A stretch of DNA of 32,000 bases, taken from the NCBI RefSeq assembly GCF_003231495.1, contig NZ_PQWO01000003.1:390001-422000 (forward strand). The letters run 5' to 3'. The position numbers and the translations under genes are program-made. The notes beneath the pieces were generated by a model that saw only the letters and a program-made list of their open reading frames with translations, made no database searches and was not told the origin of the DNA. This stretch comes from Acaryochloris thomasi RCC1774. Its GTDB lineage: Bacteria > Cyanobacteriota > Cyanobacteriia > Thermosynechococcales > Thermosynechococcaceae. Below are positions 1-9,126 of this stretch, in pieces (within the stretch, counting starts at the first letter, position 1; each line of letters opens with the position of its first letter).

Positions 1-247
1 TCGGCACTTGAATAAATTCATCGCCCAGAACTTCTTGCCATAGTTGCTGCACTTCGCCAATTTTAGTGAAAAATCGGTGGCCGCCAATGTCAAATCGATA
101 GCCTTTGTAAACCTCAGTACGAGAAATTCCGCCGACCATATCTGCCTGCTCTAAAACAGTGGGAGTTACACCATGTTTCGTCAGGTCATAGGCAGCCGTC
201 AACCCTGCGGGACCTGCACCAATGATGATTGTTTCTTTCGATTTCAT
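1..247 (-). CDS. NAD(P)/FAD-dependent oxidoreductase, N-terminal part only (gene runs off the left edge)
   Basis: My reverse-complement translation from ATG (complement of 245-247) gives MKSKETIIIGAGPAGLTAAYDLTKHGVTPTVLEQADMVGGISRTEVYKGYRFDIGGHRFF. This shows a dinucleotide-binding GxGxxG fold followed by E and a GG motif, typical of the amine-oxidase / UDP-galactopyranose-mutase-like flavoenzyme superfamily. It is not in the ORF track because it is truncated. Confidence 0.75.
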   Translation of the reverse strand, partial: MKSKETIIIGAGPAGLTAAYDLTKHGVTPTVLEQADMVGGISRTEVYKGYRFDIGGHRFFTKIGEVQQLWQEVLGDEFIQVP

Positions 248-414
248 AGAGCAACTACAATTTTTTCTGCAAGGGATCGTTGAGATAAAACGGTATAAAG
301 AGATACACGCCTAAATAATTTCAAAAACAGACGCCGATCCTTAAGCCTGTTTCGTCTTGCTGGCTGCGGGAAAATGGCCCTTTGCAATTACAAGATTCAA
401 GAGGCTAACTCAAA

Positions 415-1428
415 TCAAGGCGCAAACGTCGTCTCTTTAAAGATGAACCTCAGGTTGCCAATTGCAAATGATAGGCCACTGTAAAAATAATAGAAGATAT
501 GCCAGGGGATGACCTGTAGTGCAAACAGAATACCTCTTTCTTTTTGAAAGAAGTGATACACAGGAATGTTGATCCCAATCACAAGACAGAGCAGTGCTGC
601 CGTCAGGAGCCAGATGATTGGCCAAAATAAAGCAATGACGATGGATGCAAGGAACGCAAAGACTAGGACTACGCTCACTTGACTAGAAGTGCGTAGATTG
701 AGATCGCTCGTAAACTTCGCGTAGTCCTGCGGACTTTCTTGCTTGATTTCTAACAGTAATGCTGTCCAAGGCAGAGCGCGATAGAAGACCTCAGCCCGCA
801 GCAAAGAAAAAGGCTTCCAGCATTTCAAATGCTTCACCTGAATGTCTTTCTCTAGACCGATCTGATAGCCTGCTCGCTTGAGCCTGTAGCCCAGCTCGAT
901 ATCTTCGATGCAGGGACGCCGATATTTTTCGTCAAATCCACCCACTTTTTCAAAAATAGGCCGTCGAATCGCTCCGCAAGCCCCCCAAAATGTGGAGGCT
1001 TCTTCATTGCCCAGCTGATGGTTGTAGTGGTGAAAGAGATTCTTATACTGAGACAGAAAGTTAGAGGCTCCGGGAGAATCATCATAGGAACCAATGAGCG
1101 CGGATAGGCTAGCGTTGTGTTCAAAGGCCTGTAGCACCTTGCTCATGGTGTCAGGATGGACCACCACGTCGGCATCAACAAAGAAAAGAATATCACCCTC
1201 TGCCACTGCCGCACCGGAGTTTCTTGCGACGGCTGGCCCTCTTGATTCAGGTAGCCTAATGAGCCGAGTCCCAAATTCATCCGCTAGCTTCCAGCTACTG
1301 TCTGATTCTCCGTCGGCAACAACAATGATTTCAGTGCCTGGAGGCGCAAACTCCGTCAGGCTCGCTAAGCATCGCCGAAAGCCATCTCCTCCGTTGTGTA
1401 CGGGAACAATTACAGATAGTTTTTGCAT
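415..1428 (-). CDS. Family 2 glycosyltransferase with C-terminal transmembrane helices (possible polyprenyl-phosphate glycosyltransferase, GtrB/ArnC-like architecture)
   Basis: 337-aa ORF. The N-terminus SVIVPVHNGG, the DxD-like FFVDADVV and the EDIELGYR motif are classic GT-A/GT2 features. The last ~100 aa (VVLVFAFLASIVIALFWPIIWLLTAALLCLVIG ... ILFALQVIPWHIFYYFYSGLSFAIG) are hydrophobic helices. Confidence 0.85.
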   Translation of the reverse strand: MQKLSVIVPVHNGGDGFRRCLASLTEFAPPGTEIIVVADGESDSSWKLADEFGTRLIRLPESRGPAVARNSGAAVAEGDILFFVDADVVVHPDTMSKVLQAFEHNASLSALIGSYDDSPGASNFLSQYKNLFHHYNHQLGNEEASTFWGACGAIRRPIFEKVGGFDEKYRRPCIEDIELGYRLKRAGYQIGLEKDIQVKHLKCWKPFSLLRAEVFYRALPWTALLLEIKQESPQDYAKFTSDLNLRTSSQVSVVLVFAFLASIVIALFWPIIWLLTAALLCLVIGINIPVYHFFQKERGILFALQVIPWHIFYYFYSGLSFAIGNLRFIFKETTFAP

Positions 1429-2139
1429 AGCAAATGACAGCTAGATTCAGGATAGGCTTCTGTAAACAACAACCCATTGAGGATCGCATCTCTGCAAGCT
1501 TGGATTGACTGTGGCATGTTCATAAACATTCAGCGACTCTACATCTACATATTCAACAGTGCTGAATTGATCTACAAACGCCGAGTCGTGCGTCCCACAA
1601 AGTGAGGATCCCTAAAAGACAGTCATAACACATAGCATCGAGAAAGCTGCATCTAACTCCATCCGTCTGCCGAAGAAATTACGGGGGGAATGTGAGTTGA
1701 GATCGCACATGAAGCAGAACCGCTTGGCCATAAGATTCACAGAGGGTTCGGCACATAACAATACCTGATGTCTTGGGTCACCTGCCAGTTCAGCCAAGAT
1801 AGCTAAATGCCTAACCTTTGTTGCCCCTAACTTTAGGGCAGTGCTACTACTGACCTAGAGAAAAAGAATTTTCTTTCCACAGGCTAAATACTAGCATTGA
1901 AACCTCTATCCGTCCTGGTTTCGACCTATGAAAAAGTGGATTTATATGCCAATAAACGAAAGATTAGTAGAAGACTTAAGATTCAGAAGACATAGAAGTA
2001 TCCGGCTGATTTAGAATAGCCTCGCTACGTCGCAGACGAGCTTTAACGACCTTCGTGACTCAGTTGATACGTGTATCGCCATGAATGTGGGCTAACTCTG
2101 CGCTTGATCATTCCTGTCTTTTGCATTAAGAGAACTTTA

Positions 2140-3615
2140 ATGAGAAGTAAAAACGAGATTAAATTCTACGCATTAGTACTGATCATTGTTTGTCTCTCGG
2201 GACTTAGACTCATAAATCTACAGGCTGACTTTCCATCTGGGCTGACGGTCTCAACGGCGCTCTATACAGACGAAGGTCTATGGGCACGGAATGCCGTAGC
2301 AGCCTTACGTAGCGGAGCCTGGTATGTCGAAGATGGATACAACCCAATCTTGTCGGTTCCGGTGATTCCCCTCCTGCAGATGTTCTTATTCAGGATATTT
2401 GGTGTCAGCCTCGTTGCCGCGCGCAGCTTAGTCGCGACTTCATCCCTTATTCTGCTGGGCCTGGTTTATGCTCTGCTGCGTCGCTTTCTGCAACGAGAAT
2501 TGGCAATCTGGGGCCCATTGATTATCGCAGGCAGCTACTCATTCTTCGCCTACAGCCGTATTGCTTTGCTAGAGATTCCGATGCTGTGTTTTGCAGTCTT
2601 GAGTTTGTTGATCGCGCTCAGAAAGGAGGCTAGTTATGTCAGCATTGTTGCTTCTGCCGTCGCTTTGTATCTCGGGATTTTGACAAAGACGACAGCCTTA
2701 TTCGTTTTGCCCGTTATCTATTTAGCGGTACTGATGCAGCGAGGAAGCAGAACAAAAAAGCTTTTCAAAGTGATGACGCTAACGCTGACCCTGCTGATTC
2801 TATTTGCTACCTACTATGCCTTGGTGGTTCAGCCTTTCACCAGTGACTATCAAACATTTTCTGACACCAATATTTCTTCTCAGGTGGCGACCTCTAGCTG
2901 GCGCTTCATCACTGAGCTGAAAGCGATCGCACGCGTTTCTCTGAAGCTTTATCCGTTACTGTTGCCGCTCTCTCTTGGGGCCGCATTCCTCTTGCTTTAC
3001 CTGCGGTCTTATCGCTTAAATCCCCTATTCTTAGCTGCGAGTCTTTGGGCTGCGAGCGCTTTTCTAGCGCTATTCTCAACCCACTATCATCCATCAAGAT
3101 ATTTCGTGATCCTAATTGTACCGATGGCTTTAATCATCCCACTTGCGATGGAGGCCACCATCAACTCGCCACGGATGAGGAAAATCAAGAAAGTCGCGCT
3201 CACATTCGCGGCGATCATTATGCTGACCTTCAACCTGTCGCGTATTACCTTACATATGGCGCAGCCTCAGTTTACGTTTGTCCGCATGGCCGAGTCAGTA
3301 GGGGTGTACATGCGTCGATATAGCGATCAAAATTCAGCAAGTTTGATCGGCGAATTCGCTGACACGATCAGCCTGGTCTCTGAGGTTGATCCCGTTGATA
3401 TCAAGAGAGGTAGCCTTGCTTTAGAGGCCCGGATTAAACAATTCAACCCACAGCTTTTTGTCTCGCTGGGTGAGATGAGTGATCAAGAGTTTGAGGCTCT
3501 CAGTGACGACTATCGCATTGAGAGAATCCAAACATACGAGGTCTTTAATAACTATGCTCAGGGTAGACCCGTATTCCTCTACCGTTTGGAGAATCGCCAA
3601 AACCCTGCCGCGTAG
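2140..3615 (+). CDS. GT-C fold membrane glycosyltransferase, ArnT / PMT (GT39/GT83)-like
   Basis: Long ORF with about 10 or more hydrophobic segments. The first loop reads ALYTDEGLWARNA, an acidic DE motif after TM1 as in ArnT/PMT-type enzymes. A soluble C-terminal domain follows. I prefer ATG 2140 (MRSKNEIKFYALVLIIV) over the GTG 2071 in the track, because the first 23 codons are not hydrophobic or typical of the family. Confidence 0.7.
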   Translation: MRSKNEIKFYALVLIIVCLSGLRLINLQADFPSGLTVSTALYTDEGLWARNAVAALRSGAWYVEDGYNPILSVPVIPLLQMFLFRIFGVSLVAARSLVATSSLILLGLVYALLRRFLQRELAIWGPLIIAGSYSFFAYSRIALLEIPMLCFAVLSLLIALRKEASYVSIVASAVALYLGILTKTTALFVLPVIYLAVLMQRGSRTKKLFKVMTLTLTLLILFATYYALVVQPFTSDYQTFSDTNISSQVATSSWRFITELKAIARVSLKLYPLLLPLSLGAAFLLLYLRSYRLNPLFLAASLWAASAFLALFSTHYHPSRYFVILIVPMALIIPLAMEATINSPRMRKIKKVALTFAAIIMLTFNLSRITLHMAQPQFTFVRMAESVGVYMRRYSDQNSASLIGEFADTISLVSEVDPVDIKRGSLALEARIKQFNPQLFVSLGEMSDQEFEALSDDYRIERIQTYEVFNNYAQGRPVFLYRLENRQNPAA

Positions 3616-3761
3616 AACTTCAGACGTACCTTAACCTTCTGATCTCAAGGACAGGCTTTTTTGGCTTTCTTCAATCACACAGCTCCATCTGGTGAATAAA
3701 ACCTTAGCTTCAGGGAGGACGACTTATGCAGGGCAAACCTCTAAAGCTCTGTGCTTTGGTG

Positions 3762-4649
3762 TTAGCTGAGACGACGGTATAACAGTCGCTGGATGCTGAC
3801 AAGTGCGATCGCATCAAACCCAGCCAACAAGAGCAACGCACCACCCAAGCTGACAGACCCCCAAGGCGCATCCATCACAATGCTGGCAAAAGTCCAGTCG
3901 CTGTGGAGATAGAGATAGCGGATCGGTTCGATAGCAAAGCTGAGTGGATTAAGGCTAGACACAAACTGCAGCCAAGTCGGCATAAACGCCAGTGGAACTA
4001 ACGCCGTACTGGCAAACAACAGGGGCAGATTTGTGACGAAAATAACTGCCAACAGCTCGATGTGACCCGGCAGGGCAAAAGAGAGCCCCAGACTGAGGGC
4101 CGTGACACCCAATACCAGCATCAGCACAATCAGTGCAACAACTGCTAGACCAGCCGCACCTGGTAGACCAGCCCCTAGAAATACGCTAGTGATCACAATA
4201 GCGACCGTTTGGATCAGGCTGAGCGTGGTAATAAAGATGGCAGAGGCCAGCACAATCGAAAATCGAGACGCCAATGGAGCCACCAGCAACCGATTGAGGA
4301 AACCAAACTCGCGGTCAAACATGACGGGCAAGCCAGCATTGAGCGCTCCACTGAAGGCTGTAAACACAATCACGCCCGCGCAAAGGAACTGCCCGTAGCT
4401 TTGGCTCGTGCCAAACAGTCCCTCAGGAACGTTTTGGAATAAAGCACCAAACAGAACCAGCCACATTAACGGTTGAATAATGCCTGCAATCAGGGTCGTC
4501 GGACGGCGCTTAAGCTGAATAAAGAGGCGGCGGGTCAAAGCCAGGGTTTCCTGGACAAATTCTCCAGAAGCGATGCCGGGCGTCGCCAATAGCTCAGCCC
4601 GAGAAGGAGCTGAGGCGTTCGAGGTTTTCGGATCTATTGTCGTTGTCAT
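3762..4649 (-). CDS. ABC-2 type transporter permease
   Basis: 295 aa with six predicted hydrophobic spans. The N-terminal cytoplasmic stretch followed by LALTRRLFIQLKRRPTTLIAGIIQPLMWLVLFG is typical of ABC-2/DrrB-like permeases. It lies 43 bp downstream of its ATPase on the same strand. Confidence 0.85.
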   Translation of the reverse strand: MTTTIDPKTSNASAPSRAELLATPGIASGEFVQETLALTRRLFIQLKRRPTTLIAGIIQPLMWLVLFGALFQNVPEGLFGTSQSYGQFLCAGVIVFTAFSGALNAGLPVMFDREFGFLNRLLVAPLASRFSIVLASAIFITTLSLIQTVAIVITSVFLGAGLPGAAGLAVVALIVLMLVLGVTALSLGLSFALPGHIELLAVIFVTNLPLLFASTALVPLAFMPTWLQFVSSLNPLSFAIEPIRYLYLHSDWTFASIVMDAPWGSVSLGGALLLLAGFDAIALVSIQRLLYRRLS

Positions 4650-4691
4650 AGGAATATTTAAGCTTCAGTACTCGATTGAAGGGGCTAAAAA

Positions 4692-5711
4692 CTAGCGCAT
4701 ATTCTGCTTGCGTTCTTTTTTTACATCCCGTTTGCCAGAGGCCGCCATTTCAGCATCCATTAGGGTTTGACCGGTGGCGGCTAGGTATACGTCATCAAGA
4801 CTGGGCCGGGATTGGGCAATGCCAAAAACCGGCAGTCCGGCTTCTTTAAGCGCTTGCTGAATGGTGAGCAGCGCATCACTCTGAGGCGTGACCACTAAGT
4901 TCAAAGAGTTGCCTTGGGCGCCGTTAATAATCACGTCCTGAACAAACGGCATCTCGGCGGTCATTGACTTCGCTTGCTCGGCTTCATCATCAGAGGTGAA
5001 TTCGCGAATGCGGAGAGTGATGCGATCGCCTCCAACCTTATCTTTTAGCTCCGAGGGACTGCCTTCGGCAATTACTTTGCCCTGGTCGATGATGGCAACG
5101 CTGTCAGCTAAAGCATCGACTTCTTCAAGGTAGTGACTGGTGATCAAAATTGTGGTCCCCTGATCGCGGAGTTCACGCAAAAAGTCCCAAATCACGACGC
5201 GGCTCTCAATATCGAGGCCCACGGTGGGCTCATCTAACACAAGAACGGCTGGCTGGTGCAGCAGGCCCGCCGCTAGATCTAGGCGCTTGCGAATACCGCC
5301 CGAGTAGGTACCGGTTTTCTTGTCAGAGAATTCTTCTAGGCTCAGCAGTTTGATGGCGGTCTGAATCCGCGATTCTATCTCTGCGGCGGGAATGTGATAG
5401 AGCGCCGCCTGAAGCTGCAGCATTTCTTTGCCGGTCAATACTTTATCGAGCGCGACTTCTTGGGCAACATAGCCTAAAAGTTGACGGGCGGCGCGGGGAT
5501 GCTCTAGCACTGAGATCCCAGAGACTTCAACTTTGCCTGAATCTGGACTCGTGAGACTACAAAGACATCGGAGAGTTGTAGTCTTACCGGCTCCATTGGG
5601 GCCCAGTAAACCGAAGATTTGTCCGGGGGCGACTTCGAAAGACACATCTTTGACGGCATCAACGGTGCCGTAGCGTTTTTGAAGTTGTTCGATCAAAACG
5701 GCGGGAGCCAT
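4692..5711 (-). CDS. ABC transporter ATP-binding protein (DrrA-like, ABC-2 subfamily)
   Basis: Walker A GLLGPNGAGKTT, signature YSGGIRKRLDLA, Walker B VLVLDEPTVGLD, H-loop ITSHY, plus a C-terminal accessory domain. Confidence 0.92.
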   Translation of the reverse strand: MAPAVLIEQLQKRYGTVDAVKDVSFEVAPGQIFGLLGPNGAGKTTTLRCLCSLTSPDSGKVEVSGISVLEHPRAARQLLGYVAQEVALDKVLTGKEMLQLQAALYHIPAAEIESRIQTAIKLLSLEEFSDKKTGTYSGGIRKRLDLAAGLLHQPAVLVLDEPTVGLDIESRVVIWDFLRELRDQGTTILITSHYLEEVDALADSVAIIDQGKVIAEGSPSELKDKVGGDRITLRIREFTSDDEAEQAKSMTAEMPFVQDVIINGAQGNSLNLVVTPQSDALLTIQQALKEAGLPVFGIAQSRPSLDDVYLAATGQTLMDAEMAASGKRDVKKERKQNMR

Positions 5712-5840
5712 GATATCCCTTCTTTATGCAATTGACACACCTATTTAGTGTAGGTCGATTTATCCTGTTTGGGGATGGCTCCCGAAGATTCGCGGGGGGG
5801 TGAGCTATCAAAATAATTCATCAACGGAGTCTGTCTAGAA

Positions 5841-6590
5841 TTGCTGACCGATCTTTTATCTACTCTGCCGCTGCAGCCGGCTCAACTTTTGGCTGCGCTA
5901 GCCATCATGACGCTCGGGGCAACCGTTCAATCATCGGCGGGCTTCGGTCTGGGGCTGGTCGCGGCCCCAGTCCTGCTACTCATTGATCCGATGCTAATTC
6001 CTGCGCCGCTGCTGATCTGTGGTGTAACGCTGGCGCTGATGCTCAGCATTCGAGATCGTAAGGGTCTTAATATTCAGGGCATCCAGATTGCTCTTGTGGG
6101 TCAACTGCTGGGGATTATCCCCGCCATTTTGATTCTGTCTGCGATCTCGCCCAAAGTTTTCGACTTGGTTTTCGCGGCTGTGCTGCTCGCGGCGGTGGCT
6201 GTTAGTTTATTAGGGCTATCCCTGAAGCCTACGCCGGAGCGTGTTTTTGTGGCTGGGGCATTATCCGGTCTCATGGCGACGATCTCTTCTGTCGGGGGTC
6301 CACCGATGGCCTTAATCTATCAGGGTTCGAAGGGACTGGAGTTGCGTGGCACTCTGTCGGGATATTTCACCCTTTCAGGGTCGTTCTCTCTTGTTGCCCT
6401 TGCCTTTGCGGGGCGATGCGGCTTGCAAGAGATGCAATTAGCGCTGCTGTTGTTGCCGGGGCTTATATTCGGTCTTATATTATCTGCGCCGCTAGCCGAG
6501 CGACTAGAGCAGGTAGAGACAAGACCGATTGTATTGGGGCTTTCTTTTTGCTCTGCGATCGCAGTCCTAATCAAAGCAATTTATACATAG
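5841..6590 (+). CDS. TauE/SafE family anion (sulfite-type) exporter membrane protein
   Basis: 249 aa with 7-8 hydrophobic helices rich in Gly. Internal duplication is visible (GFGLGLVAAPVLLL ... SSVGGPPMALIY), as in the TauE/SafE (DUF81) family. The start is TTG at 5841; no in-frame ATG keeps TM1. Confidence 0.7.
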   Translation: MLTDLLSTLPLQPAQLLAALAIMTLGATVQSSAGFGLGLVAAPVLLLIDPMLIPAPLLICGVTLALMLSIRDRKGLNIQGIQIALVGQLLGIIPAILILSAISPKVFDLVFAAVLLAAVAVSLLGLSLKPTPERVFVAGALSGLMATISSVGGPPMALIYQGSKGLELRGTLSGYFTLSGSFSLVALAFAGRCGLQEMQLALLLLPGLIFGLILSAPLAERLEQVETRPIVLGLSFCSAIAVLIKAIYT

Positions 6591-6612
6591 ATGCTTGCAA
6601 TATACATAGACA

Positions 6613-7863
6613 CTACAGAAGCTGTCGCCGCAGAACATCTAGGGCACGGGAGGTGCTGATCTTGCGAATCCAGTCTCGCCCTGGCAAGGCATTAATCTGA
6701 TAGGACCAGCTTTGGGGCGGACCTTGAGGACCGGCAAGACCGACATACACCAATCCCACGGGTTTCTCTGGTGTACCGCCACCCGGCCCCGCAATGCCTG
6801 TCGTGCTGAGTCCCCAAGCGCTGCCGAATTGAGATCGCACCCCCTCGGCCATCTGCTCGGCTACCGCTGCACTCACAGAACCCGCTTCATCTAAGGTTTT
6901 GGATTTAACACCCAGCAAATCCACTTTGATGTTGTTGGCATAGGCCACCAAGCTACCGACAAAATAGCCCGAGCTACCGGGAATCGCCGTCAGCCGCTGT
7001 CCAATACCACCGCCCGTACAGGACTCTGCCACCGCGATTGTTTCCTGACGCTCCAGCAATCGCTGACCAACCACAGAGGCCAACGTGTCTGCATCAGCCC
7101 CATAGCAATCCACGCCGCACTGCTGTCTAATCTGTTGCTCAATGGGGGCAATAATAGCCGCAGCTTCAGCCTCAGAAGCTGCACGAGTAGAAATTCTCAG
7201 GCGCGCTTCTCCGTCAATAGCGTAGGGGGCAACAGTTGGATCGATTAAGTCAAAGACCGGCGCAACTTTCTCAGCTAGGTTCGATTCAGGAATACCAAAG
7301 AACCTTAAAACTCGACTGTAGATTTGGGCATCTCCCCATCCTTGTTTTTTGAGATAGGGCACCACCGTCTTGCACCACATATCCTGCATTTCGCTGGGCA
7401 CACCGGGGAAAATGAGCAGGGTTAGCCCCGGTCGCGGTTCCCAAATCAGACCAGGAGCGCTGCCGGTTTCGTTGGGTAAAATATCTGCGCCCTGGGGTAA
7501 AAGCGCCTGCTTGCGATTGTTGGCGCTGAGGGCGTGGGGACTGTGGGCAAACTTTTGCTGGATGTCGGCGATAATTTCAGGACGTTCGACTAAAGGGGCC
7601 TGGAAGAAAGTTGCGATCGCATCGGTCGTCAAGTCATCCGGCGTCGGTCCCAGCCCTCCCGTAAAGATAATTAGGCTAGAGCGCTGGCAGGCAATTGCGA
7701 TCGCCTGCTGCAGCCGTACAAGATTATCTCCCACCACCGTTTGGTAGTAGTGAGGGATACCTAATCGCGCCAGCTCCTGACCGAGAAATTGCGAATTTGT
7801 ATTGAGGATTTCTCCAAGCAGCAGCTCGGTACCCACACAAATAATTTCAGCATTTGGAGACAT
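6613..7863 (-). CDS. cinA: CinA family protein (MoCF-like domain plus nicotinamide-nucleotide amidohydrolase PncC domain)
   Basis: 416 aa. The N-terminus EIICVGTELLLGEILNTNSQFLGQELARLGI is the canonical CinA start. The C-terminal half (ETIAVAESCTGGGIGQRLT ... GLVYVGL) matches the CinA/PncC deamidase domain. Confidence 0.9.
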   Translation of the reverse strand: MSPNAEIICVGTELLLGEILNTNSQFLGQELARLGIPHYYQTVVGDNLVRLQQAIAIACQRSSLIIFTGGLGPTPDDLTTDAIATFFQAPLVERPEIIADIQQKFAHSPHALSANNRKQALLPQGADILPNETGSAPGLIWEPRPGLTLLIFPGVPSEMQDMWCKTVVPYLKKQGWGDAQIYSRVLRFFGIPESNLAEKVAPVFDLIDPTVAPYAIDGEARLRISTRAASEAEAAAIIAPIEQQIRQQCGVDCYGADADTLASVVGQRLLERQETIAVAESCTGGGIGQRLTAIPGSSGYFVGSLVAYANNIKVDLLGVKSKTLDEAGSVSAAVAEQMAEGVRSQFGSAWGLSTTGIAGPGGGTPEKPVGLVYVGLAGPQGPPQSWSYQINALPGRDWIRKISTSRALDVLRRQLL

Positions 7864-7871
7864 GGCACAGC

Positions 7872-8990
7872 TCAGAGTGAGTCCTGATCAGAGACAGGAT
7901 CCGATAGGGGTTGATCCGTTTTGGATAATTCGATCTTAAGCTGTTTTTTAGAGCGGACGACGCGCTTGAGCGCTTGCCAGCAGGCATAGACCAGCAGTAG
8001 TGTTGCGATCACAGCATAAACCTTGCCCCACGGAACCCCGGCATAGGCCATCGCGATGCTCCCAACCCAGAACGTCAGCGCATAGATAAACAAAACAATG
8101 CGCCGCTGAGACAGTCCCGCATCTAAAAGTCGGTGATGGAGATGACGCTTATCCGCCGCAAAGGGAGATTGACCGCGCAAAAGGCGATTGGCAACCACCG
8201 TTGACGTATCGAGAATCGGGACAGCCAGAATCAAAAACGGCAGCACCACCGCCACAGTCGTCACCGTCTTCACCAGACCAATTACGCCAATTCCCGCCAG
8301 CGTAAAGCCCAAGAAGTAAGCGCCGCCATCCCCCATAAAAATTTGGGCCGGATTGAAGTTATAGCGCAGAAAGCCTAGCGCTCCCCCTGCCAGCGCCGCC
8401 GCCAGAATAGCAGCAGCAGGCTGATTCATGAACAGACTGGTAATCAGCATCACCACCGCTGCAATCCCAGAGATGCCCGCAGCAAGACCATCCAAGCCAT
8501 CCGTAAAGTTGATCGCATTGGTCATACCCACCAACCACACCAGCGTCACCGGCAAACTCCAAAGCCCCAGATTAATCAAGCTCGGCTCAATAAAGGGGAC
8601 GGTGAAAAACTCAATGCGGACGCCCATGGTCCAGGCCATTGTGGCCACACCGAGCTGCATCACCAGCCGCGACTTGGCAGACAGCGTGAATAAATCATCC
8701 AGCAGCCCAATCACAAAAAATAGCAGCCCGCCGAAGGTAACCCCCCAGATTTCGTACTCAGAAGGGGGCGGCAGATACCCAAAGCCTCCGGCAAACCAGA
8801 CCAGCATCAGCGCCGTCAAACTGCCTAAAAAGATTGAAATACCCCCCAGACGCACCATCGGGCGACTGTGTACTTTTCGGGGGTTCGGCAGGTCAACGTA
8901 GCCACTTTTAAGACCAATCTTCTTAACGATCGGCGTCGTCACAAGCACAACTAGAGCGGCCACAACGAAGGCAACTAGATGATAGGGCAT
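7872..8990 (-). CDS. MraY/WecA family polyprenyl-phosphate N-acetylhexosamine-1-phosphate transferase (GT4 family)
   Basis: 372 aa and polytopic. Motifs DDLFTLSAKSRL, NAINFTDGLDGLA and FMGDGGAYFLGF are the conserved MraY/WecA signatures. It ends 8 bp upstream of cinA on the same strand. Confidence 0.85.
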   Translation of the reverse strand: MPYHLVAFVVAALVVLVTTPIVKKIGLKSGYVDLPNPRKVHSRPMVRLGGISIFLGSLTALMLVWFAGGFGYLPPPSEYEIWGVTFGGLLFFVIGLLDDLFTLSAKSRLVMQLGVATMAWTMGVRIEFFTVPFIEPSLINLGLWSLPVTLVWLVGMTNAINFTDGLDGLAAGISGIAAVVMLITSLFMNQPAAAILAAALAGGALGFLRYNFNPAQIFMGDGGAYFLGFTLAGIGVIGLVKTVTTVAVVLPFLILAVPILDTSTVVANRLLRGQSPFAADKRHLHHRLLDAGLSQRRIVLFIYALTFWVGSIAMAYAGVPWGKVYAVIATLLLVYACWQALKRVVRSKKQLKIELSKTDQPLSDPVSDQDSL

Positions 8991-9126
8991 CTATTAATAA
9001 TGGCCTGGTTGATACGGCAGGTTGGCGGACTCGGCAACAGCTCCTCGACCGTTCGTTCTGACGTCTCTTCAGAACAGAGAAGAAAGTAAAGTCAGCCTTA
9101 GAGGATGTTGTGAGTCTCGTTATAGT

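Noticed and set aside
1094-1444. 116-aa plus-strand ORF overlapping the GT2 gene
   Set aside because: It lies entirely antisense to a well-supported GT2 coding frame. The product is Ser/Ala/Thr-rich with no motifs, as expected from the mirror frame of a GC-biased gene.
8428-8901. 157-aa plus-strand ORF inside the WecA/MraY-like gene
   Set aside because: It is antisense to a polytopic membrane protein with clear family motifs. The composition is the typical complement of hydrophobic codons.
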